Shown here one piece after another: positions 14,000-27,047 of a stretch of 64,000 nt of DNA. The DNA is taken from contig NC_042997.1 of assembly GCF_006345805.1 (NCBI RefSeq), positions 104,408,001 to 104,472,000 of the forward strand, in the 5' to 3' direction. The notes under the pieces are model-generated. The model saw only the letters and a list, made by a program, of their open reading frames with translations, was not told where the DNA came from and did no database searches. The first letter of the stretch is position 1. Every line of letters starts with the position of its first letter. Origin of the DNA: Octopus sinensis. Lineage: Eukaryota. The translations under genes and the position numbers were made by a program.

Positions 14000-15620
14000 A
14001 ATGAATCTTAACTGAAAACCAAGATTTGTATCATGTATTCATATGCGTCTCGACTCTTTTGTAATTTGGTGCCTGCTGTTTGCATTCTACCGTTTCTTCC
14101 AGGTCTAGTTACATAGACCTTCAAGTACTATGATACCTTTCACTCGATCATCTTGTTAATTGTCTATTAATTTACTCTTCTCTGAGTACAGTTCGTCATA
14201 TTTTTATTCAATACTTCCACTTCTTGATAGAATCCTGTTACTCAAGTCAATCAGATTTAGATTAAAGCTTCCGAAAGGAATTCTAGAGCTTTGTATTTGC
14301 TTTGCATCATTAACTGGACTATAATTTCTGCTATTGTTCCCTTGCGTTGTTTTCGACGATCCATGTTAGTAGTTTGTTCAGACTCGTGCATGAGATTAAT
14401 GGGGTTCATGTTCTTCTATTGCAATAAAAATTGAATTCTAATGAAATATTTCCTAGGTCTGTTGTATTAATACGTCAATATACTTGTAAATACGGCCTGC
14501 AATTCTTAAGGATTTTTCAATCAGTATCGCCCGTGTTACCGATGTTTCAGGTATATACATACGATCATAGCGGAAGTTACGTTATAGTCGTCTGCATTTT
14601 GAGGAAGACTAATCTTTTCAGCCGTAAGTCCTGGACATTGTAGATGAATAGCTTAACCGATGGACTTAATTACTGCTGGTAGTTGAAAAATTTTTGTTAA
14701 CATATCGTAAATTTTCATTGGGATTATGGTATTGATGAAATAAACCCGTATTAAGTTCCAATGTTACATCTAGAAATTTAGCTACCTTATATTTCCCTTT
14801 GCTATAGACTGTCCTATAACTTATGAGAAATTTCTTTTGAAGAAGTTTTTTTCCCCTACACCTTTGGAGTTCGATATTACTGTAGTAATAGAAGATATGT
14901 ATGACGACCTCCTTGTATAGACCACCTGTTCTTTCACGGAACTATTTTTTAATATTCTATAATATGTATGTTCCTGTGAAGTCAGTGACCTACTCCAACC
15001 GACTGTTACCATTAAAACTGTTTTCCTTTCTAGTCCCGTCTCTGGTTTTGAAGTTGTTAATATACTATGTACTACTTGTCTAGATATTTTGGAATTTTTC
15101 ATTGTAAAAATTAGAGATTTAAGAGAAAAATAAGGATAATAGAGAAGTAGTGGTCGGAAATCTCTGATCGTTTAAATAAGCATATTTCTTTTTGTTGTTC
15201 TAAGTCCTTGAACTGATTTATAACTTCTACAGCATTAGTCCATATATTAAATTCAACTTCAGTTTTCAGTACAGGTATAATTTTGTCTATTCTTCTTTTA
15301 CTGGTTTTTCCCCCTATATCTGATTTTGAGGGTCAGCTAAGCCTAAATTATGAATCTCTCGCAAGAGTAAGCTTTTAGTCATTCATTTTTGAGAAGGGTG
15401 ATCTATGCAAGTAGGTGTCCAACAATAATACGTTCCCCCAAATTCATGCTATTTAAGTTTGAAATCGAATATAACTTGAAATCATTTTGAAGTTTCTTTC
15501 TAATTGTTTCTCTCTAAGTGTTTTTGGAAGAGTCAATGTTAAAGTTAAACAGATTTCCAGTTCCAACCTAGTATAGTAGAATCCTGCATGGTTTGCTAGA
15601 GTTTTACACATACGCACATA
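14000..15620 (-). mobile_element. Heavily decayed Penelope-like element RT remnant
   Basis: Minus-strand VAKFLDVTLELNTGLFHQYHNPN (PLE thumb FLDVTL..TG..PY.KP), VTDFTGTYI (like EVCELVGLYIL) and GGLY; many stops. Confidence 0.6.
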
Positions 15621-15651
15621 TATCTGCGCGCGTGTGCATGTGTGTGTGTGT

Positions 15652-15703
<52 letters not shown>

Positions 15704-15921
15704 ACACTGGCTGTAGATATACCTTTTCTACTTGTTACTTACCTATGTTTTCTATTGGCAATATGATAAATTCAAAGCTGTTCTAATCTGCTTCTTTGTG
15801 TTTATAAGCATTATATATGCCCTACCTTTCCCGATATATTCCTCTATTCTTCTTTTTTCTTCTTTTTTGAGGATTTGTATATTGAAATAAGTTAAAATGC
15901 ACGACATCTGATTTTCAAAGA

Positions 15922-16879
15922 GTACATGTTGTTGGATAGCAGATGGTTAGGGTTACAGGCACTAAAATTGCTTGCTTTTTAATGTCTCTAAAATCATACT
16001 GGTATTTGAAAACCAAGGTAAAAACCAGATCCCATCTAGCAAGTATACCTCTGTACAGAGGGCAAATTTCGCTAAGAGGGACCGGAGAATAATGGAACGT
16101 ATTGTGTCTAAAAACCATTGAAATACTCCAGCAAATTAACAGCTGAGTGAAATCGCTATCTCGCTAATCATGTGTCAACCATAACTCCTTAATGCAGAAT
16201 GCCATGGAAGGGCTGCAATCGCTAAATACCTCTTTTTCCCTCCATCAACATTGAAAAGCAAAAAGAATAGCGTCTTGAGAAAGAAGCTGTTAGTGGCTCA
16301 CTGAAGCGAAGTCATCTATATATGATGCACCGTTTTTCACCCTTTTTTCCTCTTTCGAAGCGAGTTTATGTCTGGTGACTACCCAACAAAGCCTTTCATC
16401 CCTGACAGTGAAGACTGAAAGTAGTCCTGTGATGATCTCAGCAGCCATATCACGGAATTCAGTTTGACCCGCTAGTCGTTTTACATGGCGGAGTTAACGC
16501 CGAGGATGATCTGAATATTTTAGCTGATCATACCCTTTCTATTGTACAAACATTGTTCCTTGATGGTAGCGCAAGCTTCCAGTATGACAATGCGCCAATT
16601 CACACGCTACGAAGGGCACAAAAACTGAAGCAGACCACGCAGATTGATGGAGACTACAATGACCGAATGCTAAAATAATCGAGCATTTCTGGAGCATATT
16701 AGAGCAGTAATTGCAGAGCTGCTTCCCTTCGCCATTTTCGCCACTGAAAGAACTAAAGCAAAATTTATAAGCAGAATGACTCAAAAGTCCACTGTGATCG
16801 ATGCCAAAGTCAAAACAAATCTGATAATAAAACTTTTATTTTACAGAGAGTTTCCATTAGCTTCGTCTAATCCATGTAA
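15922..16879 (+). mobile_element. Decayed Tc1-like transposon
   Basis: KRDRRIMERIVSKNH, HGRAAIAK, FQYDNAPIHT, IIEHFWSILE; weak TIR similarity at both ends. Confidence 0.75.
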
Positions 16880-16921
16880 ATGTCAATGTGTTGGTTGTGT
16901 GCGTACTTGTGGGTGTATGTA

Positions 16922-17477
16922 TTGGGTTGTCCGGAAAGTTCGTGCTGATTTTTAAAGGAAAAAAAGGTCAATAAATACTTGCCATTACATTTTTAATCAA
17001 CCAAATATGAAACATTTTGTTGCATAATGTTGTCTCCATCTTTCCTTTAACTTGAAAATACCTTCTTCACAGAATTGACGGGGTTTCATGGCAAAGAATT
17101 CATCAAGGTATCTTTTTACGTCATCCATGGAATTGAAATTTTTACCATTAAGACTATTCAGCAGAGACCTGAAGAAGTGGAAATCCGAAGGAGCAATATC
17201 TGGTGAATATGGAAGGTGAGATAACACACCCCAGCCAAGCAAATTTTGTCTGGTTCCCAAAGCATCAAATGCCAAAAATGAACTTTCTTATCTTCCATTT
17301 TAAAAGGTTGCAGAAATAACACAGGTTATAGGAACATAAACCTTCTTCCAAGAAAAGATAGTTACTGTGCTCTAAATGGAGGTGCAGTCAAATCCTATTT
17401 TATAGACTCAACCATGTTCTAAAATAAGTCGAAAGGTAAGCTACTATAAATCGGCATGAACTTTCCGGACAACCCAA
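16922..17477 (-). mobile_element. Internally deleted mariner (556 bp) with both TIRs and TA target duplication
   Basis: TIRs TTGGGTTGTCCGGAAAGTTCGTGCTGATTT and its near-perfect inverse (2 mismatches), TA on both sides; MEDKKVHF fused to YSPDIAPSDFHFF. Confidence 0.95.
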
Positions 17478-17829
17478 TATATATCAGTGGGAGTATGATA
17501 TGTAGAGTTGTTATAAAACCTGAAAGTCTATATGCCATAACAAGAAGCTGTTTGATTAATGATGTGAGCAGTTATTGAGGAAAAAAGTTATTAACATATC
17601 TTTCTGTTGTGTTTAATGATTTTACACTTACTGGAACAAATTTTACAACAACAACAACAACAACAACAACAACATTAACATCAACAACAACAACAACAGT
17701 CACGTCGTTGTCGACATCAAAACAATATTAAATACTAAAAGAACAACATTAATGATAACATCATGGAAAATTTTGAGAACCTGAATAATATACTTTATAT
17801 CTAGACTAGAAAAATAAAAATAACTCTCT

Positions 17830-18232
17830 CTTTTACTCTTTTACTTGTTTCAGTCATTTGACTGCGGCCATGCTGGAGCACCGCCTTTAGTTGAGCAAAT
17901 CGACCCCGGGACTTATTCTTTGTAAGCCCAGTACTTATTCTATCGGTCACTTTTGCCGAACCGCTAAGTGACGGGGACGTAAATACACCAGCATCGGTTG
18001 TCAAGCAATGCTAGGGGGGCAAACACAGACACACAAACACATACATATATATATATATATACATATATACGACAGGCTTCTTTCAATTTCCGTCTACCAA
18101 ATCCACTCACAAGGCATTGGTCGGCCCGAGGCTATAGCAGAAGACACTTGCCCAAGGTGTCACGCAATGGGACTGAACCCGGAACCATGTGGTTGGTTAG
18201 CAAGCTACTTACCACACAGCCACTCCTGCGCC
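17830..18232 (-). mobile_element. SINE family A, full length, internal (TA)/(CA) tract
   Basis: Head GGCGCAGGAGTGGCTGTGTGGTAAGTAGC on minus; tail GCAGTCAAATGACTGAAACAAGTAAAAGAG. Confidence 0.92.
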
Positions 18233-18289
18233 TATTTCCTCGCACCATGCGAGGCTCATAAGGGTCAGTTTCCCAGTTTCAGTGGTGGA

Positions 18290-18490
18290 TATATTCCCCA
18301 CCTGGATGGGACGCCGATCCGTCGAAGGATTGCTCATTTATGCCAGCTGAGTGGACTGGAGTAATGCACGTGGACGTGAAATGCAGTGTTTTGCTCAAGA
18401 TCACAACGCATTGCCCGGTCTAGGAAGAGAAAAAAAAACAATCTTACGACCACGATTCCAACACCCTAACCACTAAGTCACGCGCCTCCA
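18290..18490 (-). mobile_element. SINE family C 5' part (other fragments near 23435-23590, 32250-32440, 56617-56760)
   Basis: Reverse complement of the head GAGGCGCGTGACTTAGTGGTTAGGG and of CCAGTCCACTCAGCTGGC. Confidence 0.8.
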
Positions 18491-18544
18491 CTCTGGAATA
18501 GAGCCAATAATAATTTATATTGAAATAAAAATTGCAACAACGAC

Positions 18545-18685
18545 CTTCTTCTTCTTGTTCTTGTTCTTCTTCTTGTTCTTGTTCTTGTTCTTGTTCTTCT
18601 TCTTCTTCTTCTTCTTCTTCTTCTTCTTCTTCTTCTTCTTCTTCTTCTTCTTCTTCTTCTTCTTCTTCTTCTTCTTCTTCTTCTT

Positions 18686-18716
<31 letters not shown>

Positions 18717-19225
18717 TCACGTGCTTCCACTGCATTACCGAGTGCCGCTCTGTATGCCTTGAGTATATCCTGTGGTTTGTTGAGATGCTCTTATTTTCAT
18801 TGTATTGAAAGTGTTTTACGTAGGATGTGTGCAGTTGCGCTATTTTCGGTATATTATATATACTTGTAAGTCCTGGGGATTTTGTTATGTTTTTTTCTAA
18901 ATGTTTTTTTTTCTTTTTTCATACCTAATGAACCTACTATAATGAGAATTGTTTCTTTTTCTAAGTTCCACATTCGAGTTACCTCTTTTCCCAGATGTTT
19001 GTATTTTGAAAGTTTCTCTGTTTCTTTTAGAGAAACATTCTCATCTGTTGGTATTGATACATCAGTTAGAAAGCATTTTTTCTTCATGATTTGTGACAAC
19101 TATATCCGGCACATCGGCCTTAATTTCTCTGTGTGTGTATTGGAACATCCCAGAATATAGTTGCTTTCTCATTTTCTGTGACATTTTCTGGTGTGTGCCT
19201 GTACCATCATTTTCATGGTCACCCC
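18545..19225 (-). mobile_element. Decayed R4-like 3' fragment followed by (GAA)n
   Basis: FLTDVSIPTDENVSLKETEKLSKYK, IIVGSLGM, TAHILRKTLS; 3' UTR contains CACTCGG; tail seen as (TTC)n 18545-18715 on plus. Confidence 0.85.
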
Positions 19226-21274
19226 GACCCGACAGCTAAGGAAACGCCAGATAAGCACCTCTCTTCTCAACTGCTCCGGCTTATAGACGAATATTCAGAG
19301 TAGGCCCATTCACACGAGCTAATTTCCCAACATTCACTCACCGTTCAACAAGATTAATGGCGTGCAGTACTTCCCTCTCTACCCTCACTTACCTTTTCAA
19401 CTGGAACTTGAAAAATCGACGAGGGCTCGACCGAAGAGGAAAGTGTCAGTGTTCGGTCATTTCAGCCTCGTCCACTACACTATCATTTTTGCCATAGCCA
19501 CCAGGCAGAGGAAAACAGCCTTTCCCTCCCGGCCAATAGAAGGCGGTGGGCGATCTTCACAATGGACTCAGCTGATAACCGGATCTCTTCTACACGTGAC
19601 AACAACAGTTAGACAAAGCTTCACAGGTTAGTAATGCACAGACACCGAACGAGTGCATGCAGGACGGTTTCATTGCCCTGCGCACACATTGGACAGGTCC
19701 GTCTGACAGCACTTCCGTGTCCACAGAGATTGTTTCGAACCGACGGAGGTCACTGGTAACCCTGCCAGGCCAGGGGTTTCTGGAAGTTGACCATAGGTCC
19801 TGGCCCGATAGTCCTCCGGAAAAGACCAGTTTGTTGATCCCTCTTGACGCCCAGAGTTTCCTCGTGTACGTCGTCGCTCTTTCCCTAAACCAAGCCTCTA
19901 TAGAACTCCATGGTGGAACTTCCACCGATCGCGTTGCCCGACTGGCAGAAGACTATGAGCACTTGCCGACACTTCAAGTGCCCTTTCTTACTCTACGCTT
20001 GACCCTGCTCCATCAATGAGACGAGCTGCGTAAAGTTCCGTTTGACGAACAGCGACCACTCCTGCTCAACGCTAAGGAAACGCTGGAGATGTCGCAGCCG
20101 CAGCACATGTCTGCGTAACATCAGCTACGGCATGCCCAGTGATCCACTCACCGGCTGTTGACAGCAAATGGACCGACTGACGAGCGAAACACGCCCCTTC
20201 CATAGAAAATGGAAGAGCGCTCCAACTTTATCAGGCATGAAGTGGGACAAGGGACGACAGTCAGGAGGTGGTAGATGACGGAAGAGATGTACACATTCCC
20301 TACCTCCACCTGACCCTTCAGGGACAGCTTTCTCTCTGCCTATTTCTGGGTGATATTGGCTACCCTGCTCGTCACCTCCGCACAGTTCATTTCCACTTAG
20401 TGATCTGGACCAAACCAGATTCCAAGCACACTCACTACAACGCTGTCGGTTGACATAAACCTGGCTCTCCAGGTGCTGAGCTTCAGACCTACTGACTTCT
20501 GGTTGATCTTTGCTCCTGTCATATTCCCTTAGAGCAGTACTGACCACCTCGATTTTCGAGGTGTTCGACACACTTACGGTGACGTTGACCACGTAAGCCG
20601 ACACCAAACTTCTGCATCCTAGATCACGCGGGATGCCTTTCAACACATCCAGCTTATGCAACAATGGCTCGAGAGCCATTACGTACAGAAGAGGCGAGAG
20701 TGGGTATCCTTGACGGACCGAATGAGCGATGCTAAACGATTCCGTTAGGTGGTCATTTACTTTGACCACCGAATAGATGTCGCTGTACATTGCAGCGATC
20801 CAGCATCTGAAAACGAGACTGAAATTCGCTACCGCGAGAACAGCCTCCGAGTATTTGTGGTCGACCCTATCGAAAGCTTTCGACTGATCCAACTGACCCA
20901 AATTGATCCCATGTCAGGTTCCTTACCACTCCTTTCTATGATGTAGCGCGTGAGGTGAAGGTTGTCGTGGGTAGTTCTCTTTGGGATAGCGCATGACTGC
21001 GCGTCACCAAACAACTTTTCGACGACAAGTACCAAACTCTTGGCCAAAGTCTTTTGGTGACTACGCCTGCCGACTCTCAATGGACTAAATTGCTAACCAG
21101 ATCTCTGAAAGTTTGGCGCGCTGGGAATGACGCATTCAGCTTCCAATCTCCGGGGCCCTGTCTATGGATCCTATCTATGTCGACCGCACAGACCACACAT
21201 TTGTGGTCCATGTAGCCGACGACTTTGCTGTTGTTGTTGTTCTTCTTCCAGTCAGGACTCACGCCATTAGCCAC
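19225..21274 (-). mobile_element. Decayed L1/Tx1-type LINE ORF2 (end of endonuclease plus RT)
   Basis: GPGDWKLNASF, DNLHLTRYII, LDQSKAFDRVDH, VRQGYPLSPLLY; multiple frameshifts. Confidence 0.85.
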
Positions 21275-21429
21275 AAAGAATAATCGAGCCTACTCTAAGC
21301 TACTAAGAATGCGTGTGGCAACTTGAAGATCCACCCACCACACGCGATAGACTGGCGGTTGCACGGGCGCGAAAGCTACGTTGTTATCCTCATTCCGTAA
21401 ACGGTGGCTTTTAACGGGTGGAGAGCTGA

Positions 21430-21672
21430 ACCATCCTGGGGTACAGAAGATTCACAATCTAGACACCATGGTTCCTCTGCTTTGTGGCAGAAGTAGGAAG
21501 AAAGAGTGAGAGAAAGTTGTGGTGAAAGAGTACAGCGGGGTTCACCACCCACCCCTGGCGGAGCCTCGTAGGTCTTTTGCTCAATAAACATTCACAATGC
21601 CCGGTCTGGGAATCAAAACCGCGTTTTTACGACCGCGAGCCTGCTGCCCTAACCACTGGGCCATTGTGCCTC
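21430..21672 (-). mobile_element. tRNA-derived SINE, family D
   Basis: Minus-strand head GGAGGCACAATGGCCCAGTGGTTAGGG; homologous to 6030-6310. Confidence 0.85.
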
Positions 21673-22149
21673 CACCGCGTTGTTGCCACCACTACTACTG
21701 CTGCTGCTGTTGCTACTGCCTTTGAGGCCGCTGTCACTGCTACCGCTGTTGTTATCGATATTACCACAGCTGTTGTACTTTTTCACCCTCCCATCTCTCC
21801 TCCCCGTCTCCTGTATTGTTGCCAGTAACGGAGGGAAGGGGAGGGAAGTCTTCAACAGTCACTAGAGCTGCAGGAGGGGCAGTCTTTTTAACTCTTTGAA
21901 AATGCGCTCCGCCACCTTGTTGAATTGTATATGCTTAAACGCCCTACGAACTTCTTTGTGGGGGCTGAATATGACCACACGAGGGGCCAAACAAGCACAC
22001 TAAAATCAGTGACAGGTTCCTGGTATTTCTGTTAACAACTTAGGACAAAATGTAAAACGAAACAACGGCACTAAAAGGTATAAAATGTGTTTTAAGCTGA
22101 ACTTGCTTGGAGCCTTCAAAAACTCGTCCCATGTACTCCGCAGCAAATA

Positions 22150-22196
22150 TAACAACATCAATAATAACAACAACAACAGCAGTAATAATAATAATA

Positions 22197-22256
<60 letters not shown>

Positions 22257-22305
22257 CAACAAAAATAATAAGAATAATAATATTGATAATAATAATATTA
22301 ATATT

Positions 22306-22346
<41 letters not shown>

Positions 22347-22372
22347 CAAAACAACAACAACAACAATAATAA
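22150..22372. repeat. (TAA)/(CAA) microsatellite
   Basis: Direct reading. Confidence 0.97.
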
Positions 22373-22794
22373 ATGCCCTGATGCCGTACCAGGCAGTGGC
22401 TCTCGTGGTCTTTGATCTTAACTGATTGGAAGTGTTATCATGTACATTGTTGTGTCTTGGTATAAAAGATGGGCTACAGCAAATATTCTGCTCAATACCA
22501 CAGATTTGCTTGTCAGTTGTTTGACCTTAACCAGTTGAACATGCCCCTTAGTGGCTGACGATATGTGCATCTTTCATCACGAGCAAAAGTAGTGGCGGAG
22601 CATCATAGCCATGCGTTGAGAGGAATTCTCTAGGGCTTGGATATTTCACTTCTGGAAACATGGGTGTTTTGTTCGACTTCCTTAAACAACTCTTATCCAG
22701 CGAAAATTCTAATTGGGCCCACCTGCAAGATCATACGCTGTTTATCATGATATGAGATCACTATGTCGCACACATACGGTTGAGATGTATGTTG

Positions 22795-23069
22795 AGATGA
22801 TTGTAGGATCTCTATGAATGATAAAAAATGGTACTGAAACTTATTTGAAAATGATTCCAGGCTTACCATCCCTACAGGAAGTGCATTATCGCTGTGAAAA
22901 CAACATCTATTCATGAATTTATTTATTTATTAATGTTTCAAATACATATTTTACCTGTGAATTTGCGCGTGTAATCTGGGAGTGCATACAATGAGCTTCT
23001 CTGCCCTAGGTGTACGGAAAACACTCGGCGAAAAACGGAAGAAAATTTGAAGAAAGAAGGAAAATAATG

Positions 23070-23154
<85 letters not shown>

Positions 23155-23204
23155 TGATAATAATAACAACAACAATAATGATGATAATAATAATAATGAT
23201 GATG

Positions 23205-23241
<37 letters not shown>

Positions 23242-23264
23242 TAATAATAATAATAATAATAATA

Positions 23265-23307
<43 letters not shown>

Positions 23308-23316
23308 TATAATAAT

Positions 23317-23370
<54 letters not shown>

Positions 23371-23400
23371 GATGATGATGATGAGGATAATAATTATAAC
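22795..23400 (+). mobile_element. Short R4-like 3' end with long (TAA)n tail
   Basis: IVGSL*MIKNGTETYLKMIPGLPSLQEV matches the end of the 36-kb ORF; 22991-23064 aligns with 36457-36530; (TAA)n from 23065. Confidence 0.85.
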
Positions 23401-24291
23401 TGGAATTGTATTGGTTACGTCGATGAGCGTTCTAGTTGTCGCACTCATCGGAATAGCCTGCTTGTAAAATTAACGTGCAAGTGACTGAGCTCTTCGCAGT
23501 CTCCCGGACCTTAACGTAGTTCTTATGGTAATACAACGTGACACATAATGCAACAAGGCTGGCCATTTGAAACACAGCTACTACTCAACGCAAAATAAAG
23601 TATCATCAGCTTTACTAAAATATATTTGATGATATGTTGAAAGTAAGCCTTAGGGAATCAGAACCTCAGGGAAACCTGTATTTGCAGAAAAAAGGGGGGG
23701 GGGACCCTTTATATTTTAACCATCAGGAGAGTTGCACTTATATAGAGATGTCTCAGCAACTCTGTTTAATTCATTTTCGCATAATTGTCAACTATTAATT
23801 TGCACTGGGTGTTATGCGAAAATACCCCAAAATTGTTAAGCAACCTCAACAGATTTAGTAGATGTTTATTCCTTTGAATATAAAGGTTCAGAGCAAGAAT
23901 TGCTTTCTGCCGAAGATCTATTGCAAAATAAAATCCATTTGAATTAAGATTGCTTATTTCATATGCAATACATGAGTGTAGAATTAGAGGGAAATACATA
24001 CAAACCTAAATATAATATTTCTTTAAGGCTCAAATAAGCATACACTGAAAGATTCATATATTACAGAAATCTGTAAAACTTCGACTTTAAAGAAGGATCT
24101 GTATTGCAATAAACATGCATGCAAATATAATTTCTTATAAATGCACTACATGAAATATTTCCGTATGTTAAGTCATTTAAGTTTAACAAAATATGCTCCA
24201 TTATTTTCTCCCCAGGCAAAGCCTGATACGTCCGTAGTACACACACACACTAAGAAATACACATATATATGTATATATGTGTATCTATCAA

Positions 24292-24322
<31 letters not shown>

Positions 24323-24329
24323 ATATATA

Positions 24330-24393
<64 letters not shown>

Positions 24394-26913
24394 CATAATC
24401 ATGCACACGCATACACACATGCGTATACTTTGTTAAATGCCATATATTTGCACTTAATCTGCACTTAATTTGAGAAGCTTGGAAATCTCTATATAATCTA
24501 ATTGATACTACATATGTTTCATGAGCACGAGGCTTGTGTTTTGATTAAACATAGCTAACTAATACGTCGGTAGTTTTAGGCCGCAAGTATATGCTTACAT
24601 ATGTATGGTATTTGATATTCTTATTCACCATAGCCACTTCAATGTATTATACTAGTCATCAAAACATTGAGTACCTTTATTTTTCTTTAGTTTGTTTCTT
24701 TATTGCTAGGTAGTTTAAATAGTCGTAAATCTCAGAAACTATCAATACAGATGAAAAAGAAAGAGGCTACCAAAACGCTGAGTTCATTATCAAAATATAA
24801 AATCTGCATGATTAATTCAAATTTTTAGTCGTCTTTATGTAAGGCTATTAACCAGTTCTTATTGAAGTATTCTAAGCAAGGACTAAAAAAAATAATCTGA
24901 GATATTCCAATAGATAAAATGTCTTGGGTATTATATAAACGAAATTATCTTGAATCTTTTGCTCAATAGTTTTGTTCAAAATCTGTGTGAAAGTTCTTGT
25001 TTTTTATTTCTAATTTACAAATCCACTGTTTTTCACACATATAAGGTAAAACGCCTTATACATAACAATAATACCTTAAAGTTTTCAGACAGTAATATCT
25101 CTGAAATTTAGAGAACATTTGCGGAAGGGAAACTATGTCACTAACCGTGACGTTATGTCACCCAAAAGCAATTTGTTCTCCTTTTGCCGTGTAATATTCA
25201 TACAGTTCAAAGCATTGTTCCAAGTGACATCTCTGATTAGACGTAACAAAAGAGATAATCGTTAACTGGAATTCTGCAAAACACTTCCACCAAGCCAAAT
25301 TACCCGCCTACGTCTCATCGACATCCGCTTTACACTCCATAAAGAACTAAAACAGACGTCTGCTATGTATCTTCTTTACGGTAGGTTGTTCGTAAGTTTC
25401 TAAAATGTAGACAAAAATGATGTATACATGTGTTTATCATAACTACCGAAGCTACAGTTGCATCGAAAAACAAGGGATAACAACAGGAACAAGAAGTTAA
25501 AGGGCCGAATTGCATTTTAATCATTATTTCGACACAAAGAAAACATGTTATTCTGCGAACTTATATTGTTCTTACAAAGATTGCGTAAAAATCTAACGAC
25601 AGATAAAGAACAGAAAACAAAATAAAGACATACAAATAAGTAAAAATACGAAAAATAACCAAAATAATGAAACGACAAAAATAACTGAAGAAAGAACACA
25701 TAAAACAGCGATAGAACAAGTCTCCATAGATTTATGTGAATTGCAGATTTCAACGACCGGATGTTGCTGCTAACTAACTTCCAACTTGGCTTCATTATCA
25801 GCTTTTGATTTTGATGACTTTTCAGTTATTTAAACATTGTGAGATGTTTACAACGAATTCAAATAAATTTAGGCTACATTAAATATACAGATTATTTTTA
25901 TTTTAGAGAGAGAGAGAGATAGAGAGATAGAGAGGGAAAGAGAGATGAAGACGGAGAGAGAGACTCAGAGAGAGAGGGTGAGTGAGTGACAAAGAGAGAA
26001 ACGAATATAGATTGAAAGAAGAAGAGGAGGATATGAAACAAAATGAGCTAGAGAAGAGGGGGAAGGCCATAGGAGTAATTGTATTTCTAATGTTATCAAA
26101 TGATTTATTCTAATAACAATAATTTATTGCCATCAATGTATATCACCAAATTTAGAGAAAATAATCTAGATAGAATAAATTGTTTTGGATGTTGAATTTT
26201 GTTTTTATGCATTCTTTTTTTGCACACCCACTATAGAGTAATGGCGCTAAGAACCTAAATTTGTGACTCCGGTTCGACTTCATACAATTGAATTTAACCT
26301 TTTATTCTTCGTGTTCCTTGGAATAAATTATTATTATAGAATATCAGTTGTTGAAATATCATAATTAAATGCTTCATGACGTAGCTATTGCTTTGTATAA
26401 TATTTCTTAAAGTTTACTCCCGTAACTTACGGTCAGGCGGTGATCCATAATACATAATGACTGGTCTTGTCTGTTTCTTACACAAAGAAAACTTTCTCAA
26501 AAAGAAAAAAAAGGAAGAATTTAAGACAAGTATAAATTTGGGTTATTTAAAAAAGAATTTGTGGAGTAATATCGTGGAGTAATATTTTATTCGGTAAATT
26601 TTCTGATTATCAATTTTTTCAAATTACTGTACTTGTTTTAGGTTTGTTATTTGGGACACCTCTATGAAAAGTTTTAATCAAACAAATTCATTACTTAACT
26701 TTTAACTCTGGTACCTAGTTTATCGGTCAGTTTACGGAACGTAAACACGCGAACATCGCTTGTGAAGCAGTAAGACACAAAAACACGGATTCATACTCAG
26801 ATGTGCACATACACACGCATATTCGCAGGTATATATTGGGCATATTTTTTGTCTGCAAAATTCTTTCAGAAAGTATTAAGTAAGCCTTGGGCTTTATAAT
26901 AGTAGATACTTGC

Positions 26914-27047
26914 CTAAAATTCTGCTCAGTTTGACAGAACCCACGACCATATGGTTGCGAAGAGAACTTTTTAAGCACACCTATTATATTCCGGTTATTT
27001 TTTTCACCAAGCGCGCACTTATAAAAGAGTATCGGACTAGTCTCCAC
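26914..27047 (-). CDS. Candidate exon inside a 229-aa non-repetitive ORF
   Basis: Acceptor atttcag|GTG, possible GC donor AG|GCAAGT; encodes VETSPILFYKCALGEKNNRNIIGVLKKFSSQPYGRGFCQTEQNF; phase fits the 44-kb candidate. Confidence 0.25.

Noticed and set aside
25150-25273. Strong acceptor followed by FQLTIISFVTSNQRCHLEQCFELYEYY...
   Set aside because: In-frame TGA before the best donor; no SECIS or homology evidence.
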